Below are positions 8,822 to 20,500 of a stretch of DNA of 64,000 nt, piece by piece (positions within the stretch are counted from its first letter, which is position 1; every line of letters begins with the position of its first letter). Source of the stretch: Pirellulales bacterium. Lineage in GTDB: Bacteria; Planctomycetota; Planctomycetia; Pirellulales; PALSA-1355. The notes under the pieces are model-generated. The model made no database searches. It saw only the letters and a program-made list of their open reading frames with translations, and was not told the origin of the DNA. A program made the position numbers and the translations under genes. The stretch lies in contig CAVTBU010000005.1 in NCBI GenBank assembly GCA_963733035.1, forward strand, positions 1,984,001 through 2,048,000, in the 5' to 3' direction.

Positions 8822-10540
8822 ATGGCAATGCGTCGTCTCGGTCAAATTCTGGTGGATCTGGGATTCATCACCGATGATCAACTCGAACAGTTGCTCGAGG
8901 ATCACCAGGCGAGCCCGGGCATCCTCATCGGCAAATTTGCCGAGAGCCAGAACCTGATCAACGAGGAGCAATTGGCCCAGGCCGTGGCCGAGCAGTGGGG
9001 CATGCAGGTGGTCAACCTGGCCGACATTGTCGTGCCGCCCAACGTGCTCTCGATGGTCACCGAAACGATGGCCCAGATGTATCGCATCGTGCCGATCGCG
9101 TTTCGCGACGACTCGCTGACGATCGCCATGTGCGACCCGCAGAATCTGTCGATTCAGGACGAGTTGCGCACCTTCCTGGGTTATGAAATCCGCTCGGTCG
9201 TAGCCACCGAACGCGACGTACTCAAGGCGCTCGATCGGTACTACGCCGCTAGCAACGAAAGCGTTGAAAGCCTCGTGCAGGACATGGATGCCGACGAGGA
9301 GCTGGCCGCCGCGGCCGCCGCCGCCGGCAAAGAGGGGCCCATCGACCTGACCAGCGTCGAGGCCCTGGCCGACAGTGCCCCGGTGCGCAAGCTGCTCAAT
9401 ATGGTTCTGCTGATCGCCATTCGCGATCACGCCAGCGACTTGCACTTTGAACCGTTCGAAGATGAATTCCGCATTCGCATCAAGGCCGACGGCGTGCTCT
9501 ACGAAATGGTGCCGCCGCCGCGCCACCTGGCCTTTGCCATCACCACCCGCATCAAAGTGATGGCCAACCTGGATATTGCCGAGCGCCGCATGCCGCAGGA
9601 CGGCCGCATCGAACTGACCGTTGGTGGCCACCCGGTCGACCTCCGCGTCAGCGTGCTGCCAACCATGTTCGGCGAGAGTGTCGTCATGCGGGTGCTCGAT
9701 CGCTCGGTGGTCTCGCTGGACCTGAACAAGGTGGGTATGGATGCGCCCACGATCAAGGGCTTTCGCGAGATCATGCACAAGCCTAACGGTATCGTCCTGG
9801 TAACCGGGCCGACCGGTTCGGGCAAGACCACCACGCTTTACTCGGCCCTGTCCGAGATGAACCAGATCACCGATAAGCTGATCACCACCGAAGACCCGAT
9901 CGAATACGACATCGACGGCATCGTGCAAGTGCCCATTGACTCATCGATCGGCAATACGTTTGCCATGTGCCTGCGGGCGATCCTGCGTCAAGATCCCGAC
10001 AAGATCCTGGTGGGCGAGATTCGCGACATTGAAACGGCCGAGATTGCCGTCCAGGCTTCGCTCACGGGTCATACCGTGTTCAGCACGCTGCACACCAACG
10101 ACGCCCCCAGCACGATCACGCGATTGCGCGACATGGGCATCCAACCGTTTTTGATCACCGCCACGGTGGAAGGCATTCTGGCCCAACGGCTCGTGCGGCG
10201 CATTTGCACGCAATGCCGCGAAGTCTCAGTCCCCAGCAGCGAGATCCTGCAGGACCTTGACTTGTCCCCTTCGGATCTGGCCGGCAAGACCTACTACAAG
10301 GGGCACGGTTGCGATGCCTGCAATAACACCGGATATAAGGGACGCGTAGGCCTGTTCGAACTGATGATCATGAACAACAACCTGCGCGACATGATCATGC
10401 AGGATGCTTCGACCGAAGAACTGCGCGACGCGGCCCGCAGCTACGGTATGATCACGCTGCGCGACAACGGCATGAGTGCCGCCAGCGACGGCCTGACCAC
10501 GCTCGAAGAAGTTGTCCGCGAAACCGTGATGGAAGCCTAG
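8822..10540 (+). CDS. pilB: PilB/GspE-family assembly ATPase, copy 2 (MshEN domain)
   Basis: N-terminal RLGQILVDLGFITDDQLEQLL; Walker A GPTGSGKTT; LRQDPD; CTQC...CDAC. Confidence 0.93.
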   Translation: MAMRRLGQILVDLGFITDDQLEQLLEDHQASPGILIGKFAESQNLINEEQLAQAVAEQWGMQVVNLADIVVPPNVLSMVTETMAQMYRIVPIAFRDDSLTIAMCDPQNLSIQDELRTFLGYEIRSVVATERDVLKALDRYYAASNESVESLVQDMDADEELAAAAAAAGKEGPIDLTSVEALADSAPVRKLLNMVLLIAIRDHASDLHFEPFEDEFRIRIKADGVLYEMVPPPRHLAFAITTRIKVMANLDIAERRMPQDGRIELTVGGHPVDLRVSVLPTMFGESVVMRVLDRSVVSLDLNKVGMDAPTIKGFREIMHKPNGIVLVTGPTGSGKTTTLYSALSEMNQITDKLITTEDPIEYDIDGIVQVPIDSSIGNTFAMCLRAILRQDPDKILVGEIRDIETAEIAVQASLTGHTVFSTLHTNDAPSTITRLRDMGIQPFLITATVEGILAQRLVRRICTQCREVSVPSSEILQDLDLSPSDLAGKTYYKGHGCDACNNTGYKGRVGLFELMIMNNNLRDMIMQDASTEELRDAARSYGMITLRDNGMSAASDGLTTLEEVVRETVMEA

Positions 10541-10681
10541 CGGAGACGACTGCTCACCAGAAACGACCAACACGAGATCAACATACAGCCGGCCCGTCGA
10601 TGGCCGAAACTAAAGATCGATCAATAAACGGAACCTCCGCAGTACAGTACCCTCGTAGCACAGCGAATCAGGATCACGGCC

Positions 10682-12013
10682 ATGCCTACTTATCAATTCG
10701 AGGCCATGGACTCCACGGGTCAGGAGATCAAGGACGTTATCGACGCCCCGAGCGAGGAAGAAGCCCAGGCGACCATTCGCCAGATGGGCTATTTCGTCAC
10801 CAAAATCGCGGTCAAGAAGCAAAAGAAGACCGCGGCCGAAAAAGCCAAGGGGGGCAAAAAACGTAGCTTCGCCGTCGGCGGCGTCAACTCCAAGGTTCTG
10901 ACCGCCTTCACGCGCCAACTCTCGATTCTGCAGGACGCCGGCCTGCCGATTCTGCGCAGCTTGCGAATTCTCGAGCAGCAGAGCAAGCCAGGTCGGATGA
11001 AAAACAGCCTGATGGACGTCTGCGACGAGATCGAAGGCGGCTCCACGCTCTCCGAGGGCATGGCCAAGGCGCCCAAGGCTTTCAACCGGCTCTACGTCAA
11101 CATGATCAAGGCCGGCGAGGCGGGCGGTGCGTTGGAAATCATTCTCCAGCGCCTGGCCGACTTCCAGGAACGATCGCAGTCGCTCAAACGCAAGATCAAA
11201 GGCGCCATGATCTACCCGATCGTGGTCATCTCGGTGGCGGTCGGCATCTTGACCTTCATCATGATCAAGATCGTCCCCTCGTTCGTGTCGATCTTCGAGG
11301 ACTTTGAAGTCGATCTGCCGCCGATGACCGTGTTGCTGATTGCCATCTCCAATGGCGCCGTCAACTACTGGTACCTGATTCCGGGCATTCCGATCGGCTT
11401 CTTGCTCTTCATCAAGCTGTTGCGCAAATTCAATGCCGGACGCGTCGGCTGGGATATGTTCATCCTCAAAATGCCGATCTTCGGGCCGTTGGTCGAAAAG
11501 AACATTCTGGCCCGCACCACGCGAACCCTGGGCACGCTGGTTTCCAGCGGCGTGCCGATTCTCGAGGCGCTTAACATTACCCGCGAAACCTCCGGCAACG
11601 CGGTGTTCGAATATATGTTCGCCAAGGTCTCCGAGTCGATTCGCGAGGGCGAGTCCATCTCGAAGCCGATGAAAGAATTCTCGCAGATGACGTTTCATCC
11701 CATGTGCGCGTTTTTCTGGGCCCTGTTTTGCGGCGGCCCGATCGGGCTGCTGCTGTACATGGGCCGCATGCGGTCGCGCGTGGTCGACGACCTGACGGTC
11801 AACATGGTCGACGTGGGCGAGGAAACCGGCGAATTAGACACCATGCTCTACAAGGTGGCCGACACCTACGACGAAGAAGTCTCGGTGCTCACCGAAAGCC
11901 TGGTCAGTCTGATGGAGCCGCTTTTGATTATCTTCTTGGGTGGGGCAGTCGGGTTCATCGTCATATCACTCTTTATGCCGCTGGTGGCCCTGATTACGAA
12001 CTTGAGCGGCTAG
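10682..12013 (+). CDS. pilC: PilC/GspF inner-membrane platform protein
   Basis: FTRQLSILQDAGLPIL, AGEAGGAL, AMIYP, VGEETGELD, LMEP; three canonical TM segments. Confidence 0.93.
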   Translation: MPTYQFEAMDSTGQEIKDVIDAPSEEEAQATIRQMGYFVTKIAVKKQKKTAAEKAKGGKKRSFAVGGVNSKVLTAFTRQLSILQDAGLPILRSLRILEQQSKPGRMKNSLMDVCDEIEGGSTLSEGMAKAPKAFNRLYVNMIKAGEAGGALEIILQRLADFQERSQSLKRKIKGAMIYPIVVISVAVGILTFIMIKIVPSFVSIFEDFEVDLPPMTVLLIAISNGAVNYWYLIPGIPIGFLLFIKLLRKFNAGRVGWDMFILKMPIFGPLVEKNILARTTRTLGTLVSSGVPILEALNITRETSGNAVFEYMFAKVSESIREGESISKPMKEFSQMTFHPMCAFFWALFCGGPIGLLLYMGRMRSRVVDDLTVNMVDVGEETGELDTMLYKVADTYDEEVSVLTESLVSLMEPLLIIFLGGAVGFIVISLFMPLVALITNLSG

Positions 12014-12090
12014 GGAAGTTTCGCAGCACAACCATTTCACAACTCGAACGTCCTCCTTCGCCGCGCCCGCGGGGCACGCGCGAAGGCACC

Positions 12091-12129
12091 GTCGGCGCCC
12101 CCGGAGACAGCAGGTCTCCTGGCGCCGGC
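12091..12129 (+). terminator. GC-rich hairpin downstream of pilC (possible terminator or stabilising stem)
   Basis: gtcggcgcc/ggcgccggc outer stem and ggagac/gtctcc inner stem; no U-tract. Confidence 0.3.
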
Positions 12130-12136
12130 TCGCGGC

Positions 12137-12278
12137 CTGTTGAAGAATTCAGCGGGCTGCGACATCGCATGGATGCGATGACGAAATAGACGGCGTAAGT
12201 CGTCATTTCGCGAGCGGTGCGGAGCTTGGCTCCGCACTTCGCGAGGTTGAAAAATGTCACGAAGGCATTTTTCAACAG
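12137..12278. mobile_element. MITE-like / dispersed palindromic element with terminal inverted repeats and four internal hairpins
   Basis: TIRs ctgttgaagaat (12137-12148) and atttttcaacag (12267-12278), 11/12 match; hairpins catcgca/tgcgatg, cgaaat-gacg/cgtc-atttcg, gtgcggagc/gctccgcac, gttgaaaaatg/catttttcaac. Confidence 0.65.
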
Positions 12279-12439
12279 ACAGTTAAGAACGATGAACCAC
12301 CACCGGCAGCACGGCGGCCTGGCGGACCTTCCGCCGGGCGAGCCGGTCGTGTTGCCGCCAAACGACAGCCACACAGCGCGTCCACGAGGGGCGCGGCCAC
12401 GAGCGAACCACGAGAGCGAAAGTAGCAAGGAACCCAGCG

Positions 12440-13533
12440 ATGCCCGAACCCAGCCCGCACGAACCGGCCCCGTCCCCCGCGCCTCGCCGCGGATTCACCC
12501 TCACCGAGCTGCTGGTGGTGATCGCCATCATCGCCATCCTGGTGTCGCTCACCAGCGTGGCCGTGATGACGGCGATGACCAAAGCGAAGCAGACCCGCAT
12601 CAAGGTCGAGCTCGACCAGATCGACTCGGCGCTCAAAGCCTACAAAGACAAGTACGGGGCGTATCCGCCGTGCAATTTGGCATTTAATGAGACCGGGATC
12701 CCGTCGACGAGAACAGAATCGACGCCTGGCGGTTGTTCAGGCAGCACCTGGCATTGGCGTTTCCGCGATACGACACGAGTCAACCTTCAAAACTCACCTG
12801 CAGAACGACCTTACGAATGCGGGCATCGACTTATACTAACGTTCGGCCCGGACCAGGCACTGGTGTTTTGGTTGCAAGGGTTCAGCTCGAATCCGCTCAG
12901 GCCGATTTTCAGCGTGAACAGCAAACAATGTCGATGAACAACAGCGAGGTACGGAGCTTGGCGTTATCCAGCGTACCAATGCTTTCTTCGAGTTCGACAA
13001 GACGCGGCTGCTTGCGAAAGCGAGTGTCCTGCCTGCGACCAGTTATATCGCGCCTTCGTATTTTCCCAGCGGGGTGAAGACCACTCTCCGCGGACGCGGT
13101 AGCCGCTGGAGCCGGACCCTATGTCTATTGGGATTCACGGTCGTATGGCGAAACGAACCACTCCGATGGGATGCGCCGGACCACGAGTGACCATGCTGAA
13201 TACGTTCAACCCAACACGTTCAAAGCCCATAGCTGACGGTGTTTTCCAATGCCGGGGTGACCTGTCCCTATTGGCACGACCGCAATGGGAACGCGTCCAC
13301 CAATCAGCCGGCGGACTTCAACAGCCAGAGAATCGTGGTGCAATCCCGATTCGTTTCAGCTCATCGCTTGCGGGGGCGATGGCAAGTACGGCTCAGGTGA
13401 ATCCTAACCCAACGACTGACGCAGCGGCTCTACCCGACCGGCACGAACTATGATCCCTCGACGAGCATTAGCCGATGACGACAACGTGACGAACTTTACC
13501 AATGCTTCGCGGATTGGAGATGATCGGCCATGA
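12440..13533 (+). CDS. Type IV pilin / pseudopilin 1 (large, GspG-like N-terminus), multiply frameshifted
   Basis: PRRG|FTLTELLVVIAII, 'ALKAYKDKYGAYPP'; later blocks (RQHLALAFPRY, QALVFWLQGFS, FFEFDKTRL, NPDSFQLIACGGDGKYG, DDDNVTNF) fall in different frames; TGA 13531-13533 overlaps the next ATG. Confidence 0.75.
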
Positions 13534-14903
13534 TGCGTCGCAGTGGGTTGCTCACGTCCGTCGGTCGCCGCGGGTTTACGCTCGTGGAACTGCTGATCAC
13601 GGTCAGCATCGTGGCGATCATGGCCTCGATGGTGCTGTTCGCCATGTTCCAGGCCCAGGACGCCGCCCGCGCAAAAAACCCGCACGCAGATCGCGAAGCT
13701 GAACAACATCATCATGCAGCGGTACGACGAGTTCCGGACGCGGAGGGTGCCATACACATTCCCGCCGCCGAAGTTTGCCGCGACGGCTCTGCCGGCAATT
13801 AAGGCTCAGTACTACAACGAGATCTCTCGCGCCCGGCTCGATTGTCTGCGCGACCTGATGCGGATGGAAATGCCGGACCGGATGAATGACATTGTCAATC
13901 CACCCGCATCGGCTCCGGTAACTCCCTTTCCGCACTCGCTGCCTTCGACTGTCATGAACGCATATTCGGGCTACATGGCAGCCCCGGTGCTTTATCAGCA
14001 GTACTACGCGCGATACAACGCCGCCACCATCGCGAACCCATCTAAGTGGCCCAACTATGATCACGAAGGCGCGGAATGTTTGTACATGATCGTAATGGCC
14101 TCGGTCGCTCAGCAGGGGGACGCTCGCGAAGTTTTCAAGAGCAGCGACGTAGGCGACACCGACGAAGACGGCTTGCCAGAATTTCTCGACGGCTGGAATC
14201 GACCCATTGATTTCATTCGGTGGGCGCCCGGCTACCTGTCGGTTTTGCAGACGCCGATCAGGGTTACGGGCACGGTAAATGCAAACGGCCAAACGGCAAC
14301 GCTTAATGTGACGGGCAACTACGGTCAGCGGCTTTCGCAGACGCCAGGCTCGTACATTGGCGGCGCGGCGATCTTGATCGACCCGACGACGCAGATGATG
14401 GATACGAGTAAGATGGGGAGGATCACCGGTTACAACTACACGCTCTCGCCGCTGTCGGTTACGTTTAGCTTCGAAGTTCCGAGCATGAGCATGCTTCCGC
14501 CCACCGCGAATCCATTTGGTGGAAGTAGCACGTCGGGTGAGTTCGTCATCCTGCAGCCCGATCCCTTCGATTCGCGCGGTTCATATCCTTGGTACGCTGC
14601 CGCGTCGACATATCCTGCTTTGGCAAATCCCACGTTTCGCCTCTACCCGCTCATCCTCAGTGCCGGTCCGGACAAGGTCTTTGGAATCATCCATGACTGG
14701 CAGATTCCCGCGGGATCTGGCAATTATTACAACGCTGCCGCTCCGTCGGTGCGGCTGAATCCGTTTTACGTGCCGCCACCAATCTCCGAATCATTCGGTC
14801 AGGCGTTGGCTCGACGCTCTATCACGTTACCGCTCCCGAGCCAAATTGGTATCGCGGCTGCGATGTCGACAACATCTCGAACCACAATCTCAATCAGAGG
14901 TAG
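13530..14903 (+). CDS. Type IV pilin / pseudopilin 2 (large), frameshifts near 13680 and 14810
   Basis: RRG|FTLVELLITVSIV; body in ORF 13714 (AECLYMIV, GDTDEDGLPEFLDGW, PLILSAGPD); alternate-frame end 'DVDNISNHNLNQR*'. Confidence 0.78.
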
Positions 14904-14906
14904 ACC

Positions 14907-16333
14907 GTGCGCGGCGGCAGGCGGACAATTCGACGCGGGCGGCGGCGTGGGGTGACGCTGTTGGAGCTGTTGATCGTGATGGTGATCTTGCTGATGATCA
15001 CCGCGGCGGCGATTCCGATCGTCGTGCCGGCTACCCGCAACCGCCAGATGCGCGAAGCCACGCGGCTGGTCACCACCTATCTCGGCGCCGCCAAGGCCCG
15101 CGCCGTGCAAACCGGCCGACCGGCCGGAGTGATGATCGAGCGATTCAACGGCAACGCGTTCGCGCTGCAGATGTCGCAAGTCGAAGTACCGCCACCGTAC
15201 GCGGGGGACATTCAACGTACTCAACAGACGAGTGGGGCGTTACCAGATAAGGGGCAACGTGACGAGTGCAACGAACAACGGCGCGGGACAAGTTCGCATC
15301 ACGACAGCGGCCCCAATTCCACTGGCATTAGAAACGGATTCAACGTGACGATGGCTGGCGTAATGGGAACCACGAAGCAAATGGGCGATGGAAGATTACT
15401 AACAATCAGCACCCACTTCGATTTACAGGGAAGCGCGTTCACGAATACATACACGAGCGGAGGAACCTTTTCTATCGAGTGCTGGCCATGCGTATTGCAG
15501 CTAGGCGCAGCGGATACCCAGTGGCAGAGCCTACTCAGATACGGAGATCAGGTGCGTCTGGATTATCGTGGTCTGCTTTATACGCTTACATCGGTGCCGA
15601 CGCCATTGCCGGCAACGGCAATCCCCTGGAAGTGGCAGACGATCAAGCAACCGCCTCCTGGAAATCGCCACCGACGGGAACTGGTTTCTGGCGGCAACGG
15701 GTGGCAAGCAACCGTTGACGCCAATCTGTTGTCAAAGTCCCTTACAGGTCTTTCGCCAGCCGGTGCGCACAATCACGCCGCCACTGTTGTTGCCGGATGG
15801 CATCGTGGTCGACCTGGCTATTTCGGGCGTTGGAATCGGAGGAAGTTTCACCCGTGTTCCTATAGCAGGCGATGACCGTCGCCAACGCCACCGCTTCCGC
15901 CGACTGTAGTTACTCGATCCGATGATTATCTTCTCTCCCAGCGGGCGTCTCGAGTGGGTAACCAATCCGCACGGGCGACTCATTCGTCCACTCGACTCGG
16001 TCTACCTGCTGATGGGTCGCCGCGAATTGATGTATGACGTGACATCGAAGAGTAATCCAAATGCCAGCTAAACAAGACATAGTCTCACAGAATCTCAGCC
16101 CAATTTCCAAGACAGCGGGCCTAGACCAACCCCACCCGAAAACTTTTGGATCTCAATCGGCTACCAGACGGGACTAGTGACGGTTGCTGAAGTCGCGCCG
16201 CACATCCAGGACTAAATTCCAGCCCCACTACGCCGCCACTTCCAATTGTGACTTTGACGCAAGTCGATACGTAAGCCTCCCAACTGCCCGCGCGTTCGCC
16301 CAGCAATCGCAAAGCTATGTGGGAGGGCGGTAG
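14907..16333 (+). CDS. Minor pilin, FimT/FimU/GspH-like, multiply frameshifted
   Basis: RRRG|VTLLELLIVMVIL, 'AKARAVQTGRPAGV'; later blocks QVFRQP..PLLLPDGIVVDL, IIFSPSG, NFWISIGYQTGLVTVAE and end 'QQSQSYVGGR*' are in other frames. Confidence 0.7.
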
Positions 16334-16335
16334 AC

Positions 16336-17503
16336 ATGCGGAAGTGGCAACTGGACACAACTGGCGCATGCGATCTCCCCGCGCGGCCGGCCCGGCGGCG
16401 GGGGATCAGCTTGTTGGAAGTGCTGATCTCGATGTTCGTGCTGGCGATCGGGCTGATGGGCGTGGCGGCCCTGATTCCCGCCGGCCGGCACGAAATCGTC
16501 GAAGCCATCAAGCTCGAAAACGCCGCCATGGTTGGCCGCGGCGCCTTCCGGGATATCCAAATCCGCGAGTATTTGAATCCGGAGGAACTGGATGGGATCC
16601 AACAAGACCGGAGGAGACGTGGCAATGTACCGGGACGTACGGTATACGACTCGACACCACTCCCGCGACGCCGTTCAATATCTATCAATCCCGACGAAGG
16701 AACTGTACCAGGCAACGGCTCGCAAGTTGCCTTCGCAATCGATCCGCTGGGATTGACGGCCTCGACCACCTATGGAAATGTCTTTCCCTTCACGGTCTGA
16801 GCGGCCCCACGCCTCCGCTCCGCTTCGTCGCATCCTGCCGTTCAAGCCGGCGTCGAGCGATCCCGCCAACATGCGGGCGGCGTTCGATACGATCTTTCGC
16901 GGCTCGTTCGATCAGGTCACTCAGCCGAACACTGCCAGCAAGGATCTGCCGCCAAATCAGCAGTACTTTAATAACGGCACGACCTACCTTCGCCGCGCTT
17001 CGGACGGCAACTACTCGTGGATGGCCACTGTGGTTTCCGATCCGACCAAGTCGGCACTCGACGCCGAGGTGACCGTCTCGGTGGCCGTGTTTTATAAGCG
17101 GACCTTGCTGACGACGACCGACGCCGGCGGCAGCCCTGTCGCTGTCGGTGAATACATCAGTCAACTCAATACGTTCCCGGTACTGCCGATGACCAGCGGC
17201 GGCCAGGCGATCCTTTCCCAACTGCCGAACGACACGACCGGAAAAATGGTGTCGGTCAAACCAGGGCAGTGGATCATGCTTGGCGGGCGGCAACTTGCCT
17301 CGGCCGGACCTCCTCCGACCTATTACTACCACTATCGCTGGTATCGCGTACTTTCCGCCGCTCCGGCGAACACTTCAACGCAAACCCAGCAAGTCACCCT
17401 GGCCGGCCACGACTGGAACATTTCAAACGTCAACAGCCGGGCCTGGATCTTCGACAACATCGTCAGCGTGTATGAAAAGAACTTGCCGCTGGAATTTGAA
17501 TAA
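16336..17503 (+). CDS. Minor pilin, PilV/GspI-like, frameshifted near 16790
   Basis: RRRG|ISLLEVLISMFVLAIGLMGVAAL, FAIDPLG; continues in ORF 16772-17503 (GNYSWMATV, VSVAVFYKR, WYRV, IVSVYEK). Confidence 0.75.
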
Positions 17504-17586
17504 GTGCCGGAACAACCGGCAGGCGGGACGAGGGGCAAACAGTGACGGCAGGCCGGGGCGACCTGCCAGATGAGGAACCGACCGTG

Positions 17587-20500
17587 ATGAGACACTTGCC
17601 AACGCGCACTCCCCAGCATGATCTCGAATTCCGGCGACCAGGCACGAGCCGTCCGCGCGCCGCCGCGCGGCCGCGCCGCGGGGTGCTGTTGCTGGTGGTG
17701 CTGAGCCTGCTGATTCTGTTTTCGCTGATCGCGGTTACGTTCGTGCTGGTGGCCGGCCGCTACTACGACACAGCCCGCAACTCCGTCCGCATGGAGCAGA
17801 CCGGCGACAACCCCCAGCGGTTGCTGGAAGATGTGCTGGCCCAGTGCGTCCGCGGCACGACCAACCCGCACAGCGTGCTCCGCGGCCACAGTTTGCTGGA
17901 AGACCTGTATGGGAATGATGGGATTACATACAGCGATACGACGAACCATCTGGAAGTCATGACGTACTCGGCGTCCAGCTGGCAACCGATCGCGCCAGAC
18001 AAAGTGGGACAAATTATCGACCTGAGGTTTCGGCCAAGTGGTAGCGGAATCAAATTCGTGTCCTACCCGGGTGTTTCGCTGCCGGTCACTTACACGCCTC
18101 CCTACCCGCTCAGCCTGCAGCAGGCTCAAACGCCGGGCTATTTCAACGGCTGTGTGTTCACGGCGCTAGGGGGCGCTGCCGAAGGCAAGAGTACTCGGAT
18201 CGTCGGGCTGGGGACTCGTGAACGATATTACGTCGTTCGGGTCTTGGCGTTCGACGGCGTCACATTTACCCAACTCAAAACAACCCTCCGACCGGTTTTG
18301 TGATCAATGGCCGGCCGTTCAATGGCACGGGATTTGGATTCAATCCGAACGATCCATCGCCAGGGACGTCCCCCACGCTGTTGAGTGCGACCGAAACGAT
18401 CAGCGGAGCAGCCCCAGCCGATCCCCTTCGCACTGCTGCCCAATCCGGTACTCGCCGATCCGGCGAATCTAAATCCGTTGGCGAGCGTATCGGGCGGTGT
18501 GACGCATTATCCACAGTTCGGAGGCATTGGTGGAGCGGACGAAGACTACGACGCCCCCGATGCACAAAATATGCTGTTGGCGCACATCCCGATGTCGGTC
18601 CCCAGTGGTGCTACCTACCCTGGCGACAATCATTCCCTCGCTGCATCGCCCGGAGACCATCCTCTACGTTACCACAAACTTCACTCCGGGCACCGACGAG
18701 AGCCACGAAACTGTTGAACCAGCAGGTCAATGCTGAGGCCGCACACCGAGCGGCTTGCGAAATTCGCCACACATCCACAATTCCCGTACATCGATATCAC
18801 CGGCGGGCCATATGACGTCGACAACGATGGCGACGGGGTTGCGGAAAGCATTTGGGTCGACGCGGGACTGCCGGTACGTACCGCACCCGACGGCCGGACC
18901 TATAAGCCGATGGTTGCCATTTTGTGCCTGGATCTGGATGGCCGGTTGAACGTAAACGCCCACGGCAACGTCGGCACAAGTGGACTCGTATTACCTGGGA
19001 GCGACTCCCACTGCGTATACCGGTCTTGACCATCAATGCGAAGCAGCTGCCAACCACCCTCACCGTCACCTCCCCCAATCTGACACGCGGCCACGGCTAC
19101 GGGCCGGCGGAGATTAGTTTGTTCCCACTGTTTGTGCCGACCGGCACAACGACCGCGCCGACGACGTATCTGCAGCTGGCAATACTTCGCAATGTTGTTG
19201 AACTCCCGTTACGGTGAACCGAACACGAGGCTGTATGATCTGGCGCACGATCCGAGGCAAAGCATATACAATGATGCCGTATAACTCGAAGTCCCACGGC
19301 CGCAGCAACTGGAAGCCAAAAGGTCCCGAATTACCCGGGAGCTACCAGCTATGCCGATCTCTTGGCGGGACTGAACTTCACGCACTACCCGTATCCGTAT
19401 CCACTCACGCCGCCGCCGCTTCATTCCTTTCAGACGCCAACGGACTTGTCGGGCCGCGCCTTCACCGTACTCGACGCACGGGGCATGCCGCTGCCGATCT
19501 ACACGGACCGGACGACCGACATTCTGGATAGCCCCTATGAGTTGAATTTGAGCCGCAAAGCCGTGCGGTCGGCTTCATCGCCCAGCTTTACTCCGACGTC
19601 GATCGCGGCGGCCATCGCCGGCACGACACCCAATCCGCTGGATACGCCGTTTTCGCCGGCGGAGTTGGAACGGATTCTGCGAATGTATGATCTTGGACTC
19701 CGCCGATCTGCCCGATCGGCTGCGGTCGTTGGTTGAGCGGGACGCGGCGGCCCGGCACTCGACTTGCTGCGGAACATCATCACGACCGATAGTTTCGATC
19801 TTCCGGTGCCGGCGATCCTGCCGACGCGCGACATGCGAAGGGCCAATGGCGCTGCGAAGCCAATCATCTCGCCGTCGATGTCGGACTTGTTGCGCGTGAG
19901 GATGAATGCGGCGGGCTTTGCTGGCTCGTTCCCGACCGAAGTTGCGAAGATGCTGGCGCCGGAACTGGTGGCCGGTCTGCGCATGGACGTCAACCGCCCG
20001 TTCGGCAATGGCCGCGACGACAACAATAACAACATTGTCGACGAACCGTTGGAAATGCCGGAGTCGGCCTATTGGAACACGACCAACATGTCGGTGCCGG
20101 CCCGGTTCACGACCTCGCCCGTTCCGACCAATCCGGTCAACGGCATCGACGTGAACAACAACAATTTGGGAGACGATAACGCCCTGGCTCGGCAACTCTA
20201 CGCGCGGCATCTGTACATCTTGATGATGCTGCTGAAGGACGAGAACTTCCAAATTGACTACAACGGAGACGGCTTCGCGGGCAGCACCGCGGATCAAGTG
20301 GAAACCGCCTATGCCATTGCGCAGTGGGCGGTGAACGTAGTCGACTTCCGCGACCGCGATTCGATCATGACGCCGTTCCAGTTCAATATCTATCCATTCA
20401 AGGACGGCTGGACGGCGACCAACGATCTGTATAACCCGCCTGCCAATACGGGGCTGGTGTGGGGCTGTGAGCGGCCTGAACTGTTGATTACCGAGACCCT

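Noticed and set aside
5463..11698. Long minus-strand ORFs over pilB/pilT/pilC (5463-6323, 7602-8828, 8537-9928, 10610-11698)
   Set aside because: Antisense shadows of high-GC coding genes; no recognisable motifs
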